64,000 bases of DNA from a virus: IMG/VR virus record IMGVR_UViG_3300017774_005745, positions 1 through 64,000 of that record, one strand, 5' to 3'. This document shows, one piece after another, positions 45,490 through 54,934 of the stretch. Position 1 is the stretch's first letter, and each line of letters starts with the position of its first letter. The translations under genes were made by a program, and so were the position numbers. The notes under the pieces were generated by a model, which was given only the letters and a program-made list of their open reading frames with translations, made no database searches and was not told the DNA's origin.

Positions 45490-46362
45490 CTATCCTTTCT
45501 TCATGTTCGCTTTGAACTGTTTCTCATACGTGGAACAAGTCATGACGTATGGGCAGTACTGGCAGTGGAATCCTGCCGTCGCTACAGGTGGCTTCTTTTC
45601 CTTGACCGCATCCAAGAGGACAAGAGCCTTCGTCTCAATCTGAAGCCAGGCATCCGGACTGAATTGCACCGGGAAGTCTGCCAGGTTCTGGTTGTCTTTG
45701 TTGAAGTACAAGTAGACGACGACTGGTCGATTCAGGCAGGCAGAGTATACCAATGCCTGCGTCTTGTGTTCGGGCTTTGGCTGCGTAAGCTTATCGAAGT
45801 TCCGGTCATTCATGGTCTTGTACTCGTGGATGATTCCCACTTCGTACACGACTGGCGACCCATCGATATCTACCGTGAGAATGTTCTCAGCGTCAGCATG
45901 TCCCTCAATCATGAGCCTCTCTGAGAGCTCTTGCAGAGTCTGAGAGAGGGTGGCCTCTGGTTCGTAGATAGGACCCCAAGCACCCGCCTTGCCGTAGGCT
46001 TGGAACATGTCGTGAACGGCATGTCCGAGGTCGAATACGAGCTGGGTCCTTGGGTCGAACGTACCTTGACCAGGTTCCCCCACCATCTCATTGTAAATCT
46101 TGAGAAGGCAGGGGTGTGGGAGTTGGGATGGATGCAGACCTGGGAGACGCGGCTCTGCTGCGAGCCAGCCTTTGGTCTCGCACTTCACGCAGGGAATCCA
46201 GTCCCCGAGTTTCAGTTCCTGTTTCTTCGCAGAGTGCCTGTCTTTGAGGAACTTAAACAGCCTCTCCTTGAGCTTTATGTTTTTGAGGATGAGTACCCGG
46301 ATATCAGGACTCAGCTCCATCCACTGGTCAATCGTATGAAGCTGAACGATGGGCTTACTCAA
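45490..46362 (-). CDS. Cas4-like PD-(D/E)xK exonuclease with Fe-S-type Cys ligands
   Basis: HPSQ..HPC, GHAVHD, GHAD, EYKT, QALVY, terminal C..C..(.)..C (HCQYCPYVMTC). Confidence 0.82.
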   Translation of the reverse strand: MSKPIVQLHTIDQWMELSPDIRVLILKNIKLKERLFKFLKDRHSAKKQELKLGDWIPCVKCETKGWLAAEPRLPGLHPSQLPHPCLLKIYNEMVGEPGQGTFDPRTQLVFDLGHAVHDMFQAYGKAGAWGPIYEPEATLSQTLQELSERLMIEGHADAENILTVDIDGSPVVYEVGIIHEYKTMNDRNFDKLTQPKPEHKTQALVYSACLNRPVVVYLYFNKDNQNLADFPVQFSPDAWLQIETKALVLLDAVKEKKPPVATAGFHCQYCPYVMTCSTYEKQFKANMKKG

Positions 46363-46726
46363 AGTCGGGTCCCTCGAATGATACTGGACGGCCTGCGGCC
46401 TTTTTCTCGGCTTCCTTCAAGTCGAGGTACTCTTGCCAGTCAATGACGGCAAATCTCTTACCGGCTACGGTCCCTTGGAACTCAATCTGAAACGCCCACC
46501 CTTCGTCACCTCCCATGAGCGCCTCAGCCTTGATTTTCTCCAGGTCGTGCAGCTTGAGGTAGTAAGACTTAGCCGAGGTAGTCTTGCACTCAACGCGAAG
46601 CTTTCGAGCGTTTCTTACGTCCCCCTTGTAGAACTCTGGAGCTCCCGACCCCGGCTGAACCTGTCCTCCGATATCCTTTGCTGCTCTTCTTTCCTGGAGA
46701 ACGCTTTTTCTTTTGATTCGCTGCAT
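46355..46726 (-). CDS. Hjc-like PD-(D/E)xK nuclease / resolvase
   Basis: Start moved to ATG 46726; QERRAAKDIGG..QPGSGA...KGDV...VECKTT. Confidence 0.72.
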   Translation of the reverse strand: MQRIKRKSVLQERRAAKDIGGQVQPGSGAPEFYKGDVRNARKLRVECKTTSAKSYYLKLHDLEKIKAEALMGGDEGWAFQIEFQGTVAGKRFAVIDWQEYLDLKEAEKKAAGRPVSFEGPDFE

Positions 46727-47030
46727 AGGTCGTGAGCTCTCTTTCGTACCAGACGTTGATTGCAATGCTGAGGTTGTTGAACACTACCTTTGCGCTCTTA
46801 TGGTACGAGGCGTACTCCGCTCCATCATGAGTGACAGATGCAGCGAAGACGTCATTCTCAAGGTGGTGTTGGAAGAAGAACTCGACTTTCTTCCCAGATA
46901 CCTGGGCAAGTCCTGCTCCGAGGAGGAAAGGAGACAATGCCCACTCAGCATTCTTGAGCGCGTTTCCAGTCCTAGATGGGTGGAACGTAACAGCAGACTT
47001 GAAGTCGAGGTTTCTCATTACCCATCCCAT
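46590..47030 (-). CDS. hypothetical protein; basic C-terminal tail overlaps the Hjc-like gene
   Basis: Overlaps the recA stop; fills the gap 46727-47017. Confidence 0.55.
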   Translation of the reverse strand: MGWVMRNLDFKSAVTFHPSRTGNALKNAEWALSPFLLGAGLAQVSGKKVEFFFQHHLENDVFAASVTHDGAEYASYHKSAKVVFNNLSIAINVWYERELTTYAANQKKKRSPGKKSSKGYRRTGSAGVGSSRVLQGGRKKRSKASR

Positions 47031-48313
47031 TCGTTGTACTTGATATCAATTCCAAGCTTCGTAAAGCACTGCTGCCGGATGTGATTGAGGAGACTGTCTG
47101 CTTCTCCCTTGGCAGCCTTCTCCGTTGCATCCTTCTTGAGCAATTCGAGGAATGCGTCTCGTCCGTTTGCCCGGCCCAAGTACTCTGCGGGATTCTCTGG
47201 GTCTCTGATTCCCATCCAAGCCCCTGCGGTCTCGATGACCCCGTGTGTCACACCAGCCATGAGGTAGTCGATGTAGAGGTCGATGTTCGCAGTTTCGAAG
47301 TTGAATACGAAGGTACCTCGTCCGCCCTCGTGCATACCCGCCTTGCCTTTGACAATCTTCCAGTTGACCTCTTTGCCGTAGGCACGGAACCGCTGTCTCC
47401 AACCTTCAGGAGTGTAGACCGCCTCTTCTTGACCGAGTTGCTTTCCTCCTTCGACGTAGAGGTCTACGAGCTTGGCATGTTCGAGTGCATTCCCACCTGG
47501 AGCCTTGTAGGGAGCGTTCGGGTCTTTGATGTTATCTCGAACCTGATTGACCGCTAGGATGCACGTATCACGGACCTGTCCCCAGTCCGTATTCATCGTG
47601 AGCATGTTCGTCATCTTCTTCAAGAAAGTCGTATTCGGTGCAGACGTTCCACCGTACGTCTTGTCCTTGGTCGACTCGTTCTCTTGCTCTGCATCTGCGA
47701 GTGCGTTGCCGATGCTGTCGATAATAACCAGGTGGTACGTGTTCTCTTCGATTGCCTGAAGAATGACGTCGTAGAAGTCTTCAGCAGCCATTGCGTGTAG
47801 TTCGTGAATCGTACCAATCTGAGGACCGAGTTCGGCAATCTCTTTCTTGGTAAGGGGAGGAAGTCCCTTCTCTTTGCGACTCATGTTCAGCGCATGAATC
47901 TCGTCCTGGCCGAGGGCGATTTGGACTCCAAGCTTTCTTGCTTGAGAACGGTCGGCTGGAATCTCAGTCATAGCAAGAAGGACCATCATCTTCTCACCGA
48001 TGAAGTACTGCAGTTGGCGAATAGCCTGCCATGCCAACATGGTCTTCCCGGCGTTTCTCCGCCCGATGACCTGACTCAGTCCACCTGCAGGGAAGCCTCC
48101 ACGAAGCTCCAAGTCCAACGTGAGAATGCCAGTTGGGATTCTCTTCGTGAGGTATGGAAGACGGTACTCAGACGCAGACTGAAGAATGGCCCTGCCTCTC
48201 ATCTTCTTGTTGACGTTATCCATCAACACAGCCGCACGTTGGTCCCTTGGAAGGATAGGACCACCCTTCGGCTTCTTCTCTGCCTTCTCTTCGTCCTTCT
48301 TCTTGTTGGCCAT
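47018..48313 (-). CDS. recA: RecA/UvsX-like recombinase
   Basis: IPTGILTLDLELRGGFPAG, Walker A GRRNAGKT, Walker B LVIIDS, VNQVR, PGGNALEHA. Confidence 0.92.
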   Translation of the reverse strand: MANKKKDEEKAEKKPKGGPILPRDQRAAVLMDNVNKKMRGRAILQSASEYRLPYLTKRIPTGILTLDLELRGGFPAGGLSQVIGRRNAGKTMLAWQAIRQLQYFIGEKMMVLLAMTEIPADRSQARKLGVQIALGQDEIHALNMSRKEKGLPPLTKKEIAELGPQIGTIHELHAMAAEDFYDVILQAIEENTYHLVIIDSIGNALADAEQENESTKDKTYGGTSAPNTTFLKKMTNMLTMNTDWGQVRDTCILAVNQVRDNIKDPNAPYKAPGGNALEHAKLVDLYVEGGKQLGQEEAVYTPEGWRQRFRAYGKEVNWKIVKGKAGMHEGGRGTFVFNFETANIDLYIDYLMAGVTHGVIETAGAWMGIRDPENPAEYLGRANGRDAFLELLKKDATEKAAKGEADSLLNHIRQQCFTKLGIDIKYNEWDG

Positions 48314-48483
48314 TACTTGTCTTTCTTTTCAAAGGGCTCAGTGCCGCAGTTCGCGCACCACAGGAGGAACTGATTGTTCTCGACAAGCTCGCTGTTGCAC
48401 TTCGGACAGTGTGTCAATCGAGCTGCAGTTTTCTCTCCGGGCTTTGGTTCTGGCTTTTCTTGGACAACGGCATATTTCTCCAT
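48313..48483 (-). CDS. 56-aa Zn-ribbon protein (not in the ORF track)
   Basis: Own translation: MEKYAVVQEKPEPKPGEKTAARLTHCPKCNSELVENNQFLLWCANCGTEPFEKKDK. SD GGAAG; TAATG coupling to recA. Confidence 0.7.
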   Translation of the reverse strand: MEKYAVVQEKPEPKPGEKTAARLTHCPKCNSELVENNQFLLWCANCGTEPFEKKDK

Positions 48484-48731
48484 TTTGACTTCCTCCCAGT
48501 GTAGAGCCGTACTGTATTGGTTTCAGCTTTCTCTTTCTTCGATTGAAACTTGTACGTCCTCTTCTTGAGAGTCTTCAAGCGAAGTGTACCGTAGCCAATC
48601 AGCTTGACTTCTTCGCCTCGCTGAAGAGCGGCAGTTATCTCCTTGAGAATCTCTACGTATATATTCCCGATGAGGTTCGTGTTGAGTTTCAGTGCCACCC
48701 CGACTTGCTGTACTATTTGAACACCCGTCAC
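48414..48731 (-). CDS. HU/IHF-like DNA-binding protein
   Basis: Proposed GTG start 48731 (SD AGGAGA, GTGA overlap); IVQQVG.AL....ILKEITAALQRGEEVKLIGYGTLRL. Confidence 0.72.
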   Translation of the reverse strand: MTGVQIVQQVGVALKLNTNLIGNIYVEILKEITAALQRGEEVKLIGYGTLRLKTLKKRTYKFQSKKEKAETNTVRLYTGRKSKWRNMPLSKKSQNQSPERKLQLD

Positions 48732-48967
48732 GGGTTCTCTCCTTTGATGATTCTTAGAATGACTCTCGGACTCACTACTTCCGTTTTGAGGGCTATCTCG
48801 GTCATTCGTCTTTTCGGTATGTCGTAGTGAGCAAGTCTCCCAGCATGGAACCAACATCGTGTGATACCAAGATGCGACGCCATCTGGTGCAGTCCCTCTA
48901 TTGAGTAGGGGAAGCACACCAGATGGCGTTGATTGTCTGAGAGATACCTTACTTCGCCGTTGCCCAT
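48728..48967 (-). CDS. hypothetical protein (DUF4031-like HYD motif)
   Basis: LHQMASHLGI.RCWFH...HYDIPKRR. Confidence 0.55.
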   Translation of the reverse strand: MGNGEVRYLSDNQRHLVCFPYSIEGLHQMASHLGITRCWFHAGRLAHYDIPKRRMTEIALKTEVVSPRVILRIIKGENP

Positions 48968-50937
48968 GAGTAACCATGTCCAACTTCTGCAGGGAGTGGA
49001 ACGAGGAGAGGCTCTTGGAATGGTGCCTCCATGAGCTCCTTAACGCGCTTCTTCACTGCTTCGATGGTTGCTTCATCTTCTGGGCATTCCCAGATGAGTT
49101 CGTCGTGGACCTGAAGCAGAAGAGTTGCTCCAAGTTGAGCGAGAATCTCGTCGTTCTCTACTTGAACCATAACCACCTTTGCAATGTCTGCGGCGCTTCC
49201 TTGGACGATGGAGTTCACGCCCTGGCGCTCTGCTCTGCCACGGTCCTTGAACGACATGCCCTTCACATCACCGAAGCGGCGGTACCGACCAGTGATGGTC
49301 TGTACGTATCCCTTCGAGAGCATGTAGTCGTGGGTCTCTTCGATGTATTCCTTGACTCGCGGAAAGACCGAGAACCACTTATCGATGAGTGCGTATCCCT
49401 CTTCCTCAGTGACAACCCTGTCGAGTCCTGCTTCCTTAGCAGAGAGAGTAAGGCTGACGGAGAGGCGCTTCCCTGCGATTCCGTAGATGATGCCGAAGCC
49501 GATTGCCTTCGCAGTTTGGCGCATGAACAGGAGTTCACGCTCTCGTGCAGTAAGCTCTCGTCCGAGTTTCCCTCTCTTGTGGAGCTTCTCAGCTTTGACT
49601 GCTCCAATGACTTCCTCGTAAGGGATATCGTACATCTCCGATACGGTGAGGCAGTGAAGGTCGATACCCTCCTGAATGGCCTTAATCATCTTCTCGTCTC
49701 TAGAGAAGTGAGCCATCAGTCTCATCTCAAGCTGAGCATAGTCAGCTACGATGAGTACCTTCTTGAATCCAGGAATGAACGCCTCTCGGATAGTGAAATC
49801 ATCTTCACTGGTTCGAGGGATATTCTGGAGGTTGGGGTCTTTAGAAGAGAGACGACCTGACACTGTACCGTGTTGGTTCAGTGTGGTGTGGATTCGATAG
49901 TTACCGTCAATCCACTCTTGAAGACCCGCGACGTACGTACCGTGAATCTTGGAGATACCACGGAACGCCATCAACTTCTGCGCCCACTCGTCGCCTTCTT
50001 CTTCTGCCCAGTGCTTGAGAACTTCCTCGTCCGTAGAGGCTTTCTTGACTCCGGTCTTGCCTCCCTTCGTCATCTTGAACACTTTTTTACTGAGGTGTTC
50101 GATGAAGAACCAACGAACGTCATTCACTGAGTTGAGATTGAGAACTCTCCCAGCTTCCTTGTTGAACTCCATCTGCATCCGGAGCATCTCTTTTTGCATC
50201 GGACCTTGGAGCTCTTTGAGGTATCCGAAGTCTGCCGTGATTCCTCTACGCTCCATCAACCACAGTACTTTGTGGAACGGGACTTCGATGTGGTAGTAGA
50301 GGTCGTACAGCCCTTGCTCTTTGAGCAAGTTGTCGAGGTGAGCGCGGAGCGTCGTAGAGTTGTAGGCGTCGAGGCTTGCGTAGTCGGAGCTTATCTCGAC
50401 TCGTGCTGGGTCATTGAATGCATTTCGAATCAGGTCGCCTGTGTTTATCTCAGTAGGGTCCTTCTTCGTTGCTTTCTTTGTCTTCCCGAACACCTCTACG
50501 AAGGTTGGCGTCTTCCGCCCAAAGTGGTCCTCAATACATTCCTTGAGACCGTGCCGTCCGATGTTGTTCTCATTCAACATCCAGGACATGACGTTGGTGT
50601 CTCTCCAAGCCTTGCACTTGTAGATTTCAACGCCAGAGTTGGCGAACATATGCGCGTCAAACTTGCAGTTCGAAAGGTCGAACGTTACTTCTGGGTTCTC
50701 CAGAAGCGGCTTCCGAAACATCTGCAGGTATCGAGCAGAGAGGCAGATTCTCTCTTTACCGTCAGAGAGCGACCAGACAACGACAGTGTCTTTGTGAATC
50801 TCAACACCGGTCGTCTCAGAGTCCAGGCCAATGTTGTTGGTTTTGGAACTCTCGACAAAGTAGTTCAACCACTTCTTGGCCTCCTCGTCGGTGTTTACCC
50901 AAGACCCTTTTGGGATTGAGATATCAAACGCTTTCAT
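48949..50937 (-). CDS. polA: family A DNA polymerase with 3'-5' exonuclease domain
   Basis: ExoI LDSETTG, ExoII SNCKFDAH, ExoIII YASLDA, TVSGRLSSKDPNLQNIP, motif A ADYAQLEMR, motif B RQTAKAIGFGIIYG, motif C QVHDEL. Confidence 0.96.
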   Translation of the reverse strand: MKAFDISIPKGSWVNTDEEAKKWLNYFVESSKTNNIGLDSETTGVEIHKDTVVVWSLSDGKERICLSARYLQMFRKPLLENPEVTFDLSNCKFDAHMFANSGVEIYKCKAWRDTNVMSWMLNENNIGRHGLKECIEDHFGRKTPTFVEVFGKTKKATKKDPTEINTGDLIRNAFNDPARVEISSDYASLDAYNSTTLRAHLDNLLKEQGLYDLYYHIEVPFHKVLWLMERRGITADFGYLKELQGPMQKEMLRMQMEFNKEAGRVLNLNSVNDVRWFFIEHLSKKVFKMTKGGKTGVKKASTDEEVLKHWAEEEGDEWAQKLMAFRGISKIHGTYVAGLQEWIDGNYRIHTTLNQHGTVSGRLSSKDPNLQNIPRTSEDDFTIREAFIPGFKKVLIVADYAQLEMRLMAHFSRDEKMIKAIQEGIDLHCLTVSEMYDIPYEEVIGAVKAEKLHKRGKLGRELTARERELLFMRQTAKAIGFGIIYGIAGKRLSVSLTLSAKEAGLDRVVTEEEGYALIDKWFSVFPRVKEYIEETHDYMLSKGYVQTITGRYRRFGDVKGMSFKDRGRAERQGVNSIVQGSAADIAKVVMVQVENDEILAQLGATLLLQVHDELIWECPEDEATIEAVKKRVKELMEAPFQEPLLVPLPAEVGHGYSWATAK

Positions 50938-50953
50938 TCAATCTCCAAAAAAA

Positions 50954-50984
50954 GAGAGGGCCCTCTTATCGAAAGGGCCCTCTC
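50954..50984 (-). terminator. intrinsic terminator between the SSB-like gene and polA
   Basis: 11-bp stem gagagggccct / agggccctctc followed by T7 on the minus strand. Confidence 0.82.
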
Positions 50985-50991
50985 GGGGTAT

Positions 50992-52437
50992 TTACTTACT
51001 GAAGTTGGGCTTCATCGGCATCTGGAACCCCTGAGGCCCCGGCAGCGTGTGTTGCGGCGTCTGCTGCGGAGGGTAAGGAGCGTACGGAACCGCTCCCGGA
51101 GGCAGCGGTGGGGCAACTACGGCCCCCTCCACGACCTGTCCAGCGGCGGGATTCACTTCCATGGGCTTCGTCGCCCACGGCGGGACGTAGGGAGCCTGTG
51201 GGGTGGTCTGTGGTTGAGTCCCGTATGCACTCGGCTGCTGAGTGCCTGGCATTGAGAAGCTCAACTCCATTCTCTTCATCTGCTCTTCCAGCGTCTTCGG
51301 ACCGAGGAACTTATCGAAGTCGTAGGGCTTCGCGAGGTCCTTGATGGTATCGAAGATGCTCTTCCCCTGCAGCAGCGAGACGATTCCAGGTGGGAGCGTC
51401 TTCTGGAACTCATCCACGGTCTGGAACTTGTGAAGAACGAGCTGGCTCTTCGTTCCCTCTCCATGCCGCTTGCCCCACAGAACCACATCGAACAACCCAA
51501 GCTGGAGCATGTCACGTCCAGATTGAGCGCACGAATCGCAGCTCGTCACTTCCGAGAGCAGCACAGCCTTCTGGCAATGCAGACACGGATACGGATGAGC
51601 AACCGCCTGTGAGATTTCCTCGTCACTGCGAGGATCCGACGACATGTCGATGACGACGTTGCCGCACGTCGGGCAGTTCCACGACTCACTGGTCAACTGG
51701 TTGGCGCAGCGGGCCAGCAAGTTTCCTGCAGCGTCATTGATGTGAGCACTGCACTGATTGGTGATGGAACCATCCCAGGCTTCGAGATTCGAGAGGTGCG
51801 ACTTCCCGATTTCGATGTATCTTCGGTGACCGAACTCCGTCGTCACATCAGCAGGATTGTAGTTGGGGAAGTCGTACTTATCTTCCTTCCTTCTGATGGG
51901 CGGGTTGCCTGTGAGAATCCGGCAGAAGTTGCATGTTCTGCCTTCGCACTCACTGAATGTGTAGTAGGGCTTCCCTTCTTTGTCCGTCTTGTACTTGCCG
52001 TTCTCGTAGTCGATTTGAGGGTGGCGGTGGTACGGAACGAGGTGGACGAGAGCGAATGCGAACTTGTCTCCCACTGAGACCGTCTTGTCCCCGAGGTCCA
52101 TTGCCATACAACCTGCGCAGGGTTTCGGGTTGTGCGGGTCGTACCCTTGAGAGCACGTCTCCATGGCAAAGCGTTCCTTGCCGTTCTTGAACATCTTCCT
52201 CGTGTGGCTGCGGTACTTGTAGAAAGCGTTCTTGACCGGAAGAGGCTGCCCATTCGGTCCGACTTCTACACGGTCAGGAGAAGGCGAGGGGTCGATGTAT
52301 TCTGCATTGATGAGCACGAATGGAGTCGCCTCACCTTGAGGAAGCTTGTACACATCCTTCCAGTTGCCTCCGCTGCCTCCTCCTTTCTTCTGTTGTGAGT
52401 TGGACAGGGCGCTTCTACGAAATGAACTCATTCCCAT
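50992..52437 (-). CDS. putative single-stranded DNA-binding protein (gp32-like), Cys-rich, with Pro/Gln-rich tail
   Basis: Lies between primase and polymerase; aromatic N-domain (W.D.YKL, FYKYRSH, C..C, KFAFALV). Confidence 0.55.
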   Translation of the reverse strand: MGMSSFRRSALSNSQQKKGGGSGGNWKDVYKLPQGEATPFVLINAEYIDPSPSPDRVEVGPNGQPLPVKNAFYKYRSHTRKMFKNGKERFAMETCSQGYDPHNPKPCAGCMAMDLGDKTVSVGDKFAFALVHLVPYHRHPQIDYENGKYKTDKEGKPYYTFSECEGRTCNFCRILTGNPPIRRKEDKYDFPNYNPADVTTEFGHRRYIEIGKSHLSNLEAWDGSITNQCSAHINDAAGNLLARCANQLTSESWNCPTCGNVVIDMSSDPRSDEEISQAVAHPYPCLHCQKAVLLSEVTSCDSCAQSGRDMLQLGLFDVVLWGKRHGEGTKSQLVLHKFQTVDEFQKTLPPGIVSLLQGKSIFDTIKDLAKPYDFDKFLGPKTLEEQMKRMELSFSMPGTQQPSAYGTQPQTTPQAPYVPPWATKPMEVNPAAGQVVEGAVVAPPLPPGAVPYAPYPPQQTPQHTLPGPQGFQMPMKPNFSK

Positions 52438-53513
52438 TTTGTTTGCTCCGAAGAGTAGGTTTGTCCCCGAGGGGATGGCGTAACAGCAAAGTGAACTGCG
52501 GATTGCATCAGTTGGTGTAGCACAGGTGCAGCGTAATCGTCAGGTTGTGTTCTCTCGAATTTGTGTTCCTCCGGGTATGGCATTACGAAAACTCGTCCGT
52601 ACATCGGACCCCACAACAAGCTTCCAATTCTCTCTGTTGCTTTTCTTCCTGCATCGTCGTTGTCGAGACACAGCACGATATCTCCGCCCAGTCTATGCAA
52701 CATACGCTGTTGCTTCTCAGAGATGGCGCTCCCCATGAGCGCAATCGTGTTTAAGAACCCGGCTTGAATCATCCATAGACAGGCTTTGAATCCCTCGACG
52801 ATGAACACCGTATCAGCCCCCTCTGACATTGATATGGCTCTAGGGAATACCCTGTTGAAATTCCACAGGAAATTGTGATTCTCGAACCGATACCCTGGAT
52901 GCTGCTCGTCGAACCATGCCCCGTAATCAGAGGGACTCCACAGCGACCCTTTCTTCGAACCGCCTTGATACACCTTGTACTTCGGGACCTGCTCAGGAAG
53001 AGTTGCACCACCTGAGTACCCAACGAGCGTTCCGTACATATCTCGGATGGGGTACATTATTCTGCTGCCTGCTCTATCGAATCCGATATCCATATCCTGA
53101 AGAAGGAGAGGGTCGAATCCTTTTGAGACGAGCTGAGTCGGCATCCAGTCATACACACCGAGTAGGGCCTCTGGGAGAGGGTACTCTGCTTTGAATGGGT
53201 CTCGCTCTCTGAAGAAGTTCTCTTTTACTTTTCCGTGGAGCTCTCTGGCGTGGTCAAGCTCCGGTTGAATGGCCGCGAGCTCTGCATCAATTGTCTGACG
53301 AGACGCTCCCATGAGCTTCAGGAGTCTTCGAAGGTCTCCTGACTCGTGACATGAGAAGCAGTTGAAGACTCCCTTCTCTAGGTTAATTCCAAAGGAAGCA
53401 CTGTGTTCTTGTCCTCCTTTATGGAAGGGGCACTTGCAGACGATGTTTGAGCCACTTGCCTTGAATGGTCCAGGCAGGTACTGGCTCACCAAAGCAATGA
53501 TGTGTTCTCTCAT
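52428..53513 (-). CDS. dnaG: DNA primase (CHC2 Zn finger plus TOPRIM)
   Basis: CPFH...SF.IN....FNCFSC; IMYPIRD; IVEGFKACL; LCLDNDDAGRKA. Confidence 0.92.
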   Translation of the reverse strand: MREHIIALVSQYLPGPFKASGSNIVCKCPFHKGGQEHSASFGINLEKGVFNCFSCHESGDLRRLLKLMGASRQTIDAELAAIQPELDHARELHGKVKENFFRERDPFKAEYPLPEALLGVYDWMPTQLVSKGFDPLLLQDMDIGFDRAGSRIMYPIRDMYGTLVGYSGGATLPEQVPKYKVYQGGSKKGSLWSPSDYGAWFDEQHPGYRFENHNFLWNFNRVFPRAISMSEGADTVFIVEGFKACLWMIQAGFLNTIALMGSAISEKQQRMLHRLGGDIVLCLDNDDAGRKATERIGSLLWGPMYGRVFVMPYPEEHKFERTQPDDYAAPVLHQLMQSAVHFAVTPSPRGQTYSSEQTKWE

Positions 53514-54934
53514 TTAACCGTCTTTAGCGTCTTCAAAGGAATCTTCGGACCAGTGTCTCCTTTCTTGAAAGGACTGGAAGAAGAGCTCCCCTTAGAGCCG
53601 TAGGAGGATTCGTTCTTACTTGTCTCTTCTGCATCGAGGTCTACGATTGTCTTGATGTAATCAAAACTCGTGGCAGGTTCTCCGCGAATAACAATGCCGT
53701 CGAACTTCCCCTCTCGAAGGCCCGGTGCAGTGAGGTACAACTCAGTCTTCTTTTGATTGTTATCGTCGATGAGATCTTTCTTCGAGACTCTGAAGACTGC
53801 GTCTGCGTCCTGGCCGAATGCATCTGCGTAGGCGAGTTCTGTAAGGTCCTCGCCCTTGCTTTTATCTGCGGCACGTGTTGCCTGTGTGACTCCGACGAGA
53901 GGGATATCGAAGTCTTGTGCAGTGAGCTTCAGGTCCTGAGAGATGTGAGCCATGTTCTTCCAGTCGACTGACCTGGACCGAGACCTGTCATCCATCATCA
54001 GGTACATACCATCGACGAATACAATGTCTGGTTTCAGGTCGCGTATCTTAGACTGGAGCCATCCAACTCCGCCGCCTCCACCTCCTGAGGCACCAGACCT
54101 GTCAGTCGTAATGACGAAGCAGGGTCCGGAGCCATTCTTGACGTTGAGGCCCTTCTCATCATCGATGAGTTCCTTCAGTACGGTGAAGACGTGTTGTTTG
54201 ATTTCAGGTTGGAGCGTACCGTTCTTGTACGCTTTGTAGTCTACCTTCGTAAGAGCGCACGCCACGCGTTGCGCCACCATGAGCGGATTCATTTCTCTCG
54301 TGTAAAAGAGAACGCGCTTACGGGATTGAACGTATGCATGCACCGCTTCGTGGATGGTAATCCAACTCTTCATCGACTTCGGGCGACCGTAGATGATGAT
54401 GAATTGGCTAGGCTGCATCCCCTGTGTTTCTTCGTTGAGTGCTTGCCATGGGTAGGGGATGCCCAAGAGGCCGTTCGAGGATTGAACAGCCTCGTATCGA
54501 TTCAGCAGAATGTCGTGGGCGCTGGAGAGATTGAGGTCTGCTCCAGCTTCAGCCATCGTCGCGAGCTTGGCAGACTCGGCTCGGATGGATTGAAGAGCTT
54601 CGAACGGGTCCTTGTCTGCCAGAACAGAAAGATCTTGTGAGAGCTTTAGAATCTCTGTTCTGACTCTCTCCCTTCTCAGTTGTTGTGCGAGAATGGCGAC
54701 AGAGTCGTGTGTCGGCGTAAAGAAGAAAGACGGGAAATGGTACTTAACCATTTCCCCACTAGGCACTTGCCCGTGCGTGGCTCCATCGAAGTACATGTTT
54801 CGAAGGAAGCGATAGACCTCACGAGTTTCGGGAGAGGAGAAGAACCCTTCATCGATCTGAAGTTTGTTGACGGTGTGGAAGTCTTTATTCGCAATGATTG
54901 CGGAAACGAGAGCAAACTCGATATTTGATGACAC
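53510..54934 (-). CDS. dnaB: DnaB-like replicative helicase
   Basis: GIPYPWQALN, IIYGRPKSMKS (Walker A), FYTREM, VFVDGMYLM, VTQA, GQDAD; GTG start. Confidence 0.88.
   Translation of the reverse strand: MSSNIEFALVSAIIANKDFHTVNKLQIDEGFFSSPETREVYRFLRNMYFDGATHGQVPSGEMVKYHFPSFFFTPTHDSVAILAQQLRRERVRTEILKLSQDLSVLADKDPFEALQSIRAESAKLATMAEAGADLNLSSAHDILLNRYEAVQSSNGLLGIPYPWQALNEETQGMQPSQFIIIYGRPKSMKSWITIHEAVHAYVQSRKRVLFYTREMNPLMVAQRVACALTKVDYKAYKNGTLQPEIKQHVFTVLKELIDDEKGLNVKNGSGPCFVITTDRSGASGGGGGGVGWLQSKIRDLKPDIVFVDGMYLMMDDRSRSRSVDWKNMAHISQDLKLTAQDFDIPLVGVTQATRAADKSKGEDLTELAYADAFGQDADAVFRVSKKDLIDDNNQKKTELYLTAPGLREGKFDGIVIRGEPATSFDYIKTIVDLDAEETSKNESSYGSKGSSSSSPFKKGDTGPKIPLKTLKTVK

Noticed and set aside
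45490-46362. Cas4-like gene as a sign of a CRISPR-Cas locus
   Set aside because: No cas1/cas2 and no repeat-spacer array in the window; solo Cas4-like nucleases are common in phage replication modules.
46590-46765. Programmed frameshift fusing ORF 46590-47030 to the Hjc-like nuclease at the A-rich run
   Set aside because: The nuclease has its own ATG (46726) with a plausible SD and a normal-length N-terminus; simple overlap is sufficient.
48732-48983. N-terminal 83 aa of track ORF 48414-48983
   Set aside because: This part overlaps the 48728-48967 gene and polA in another frame; HU-like similarity starts only at the SD-supported GTG at 48731.
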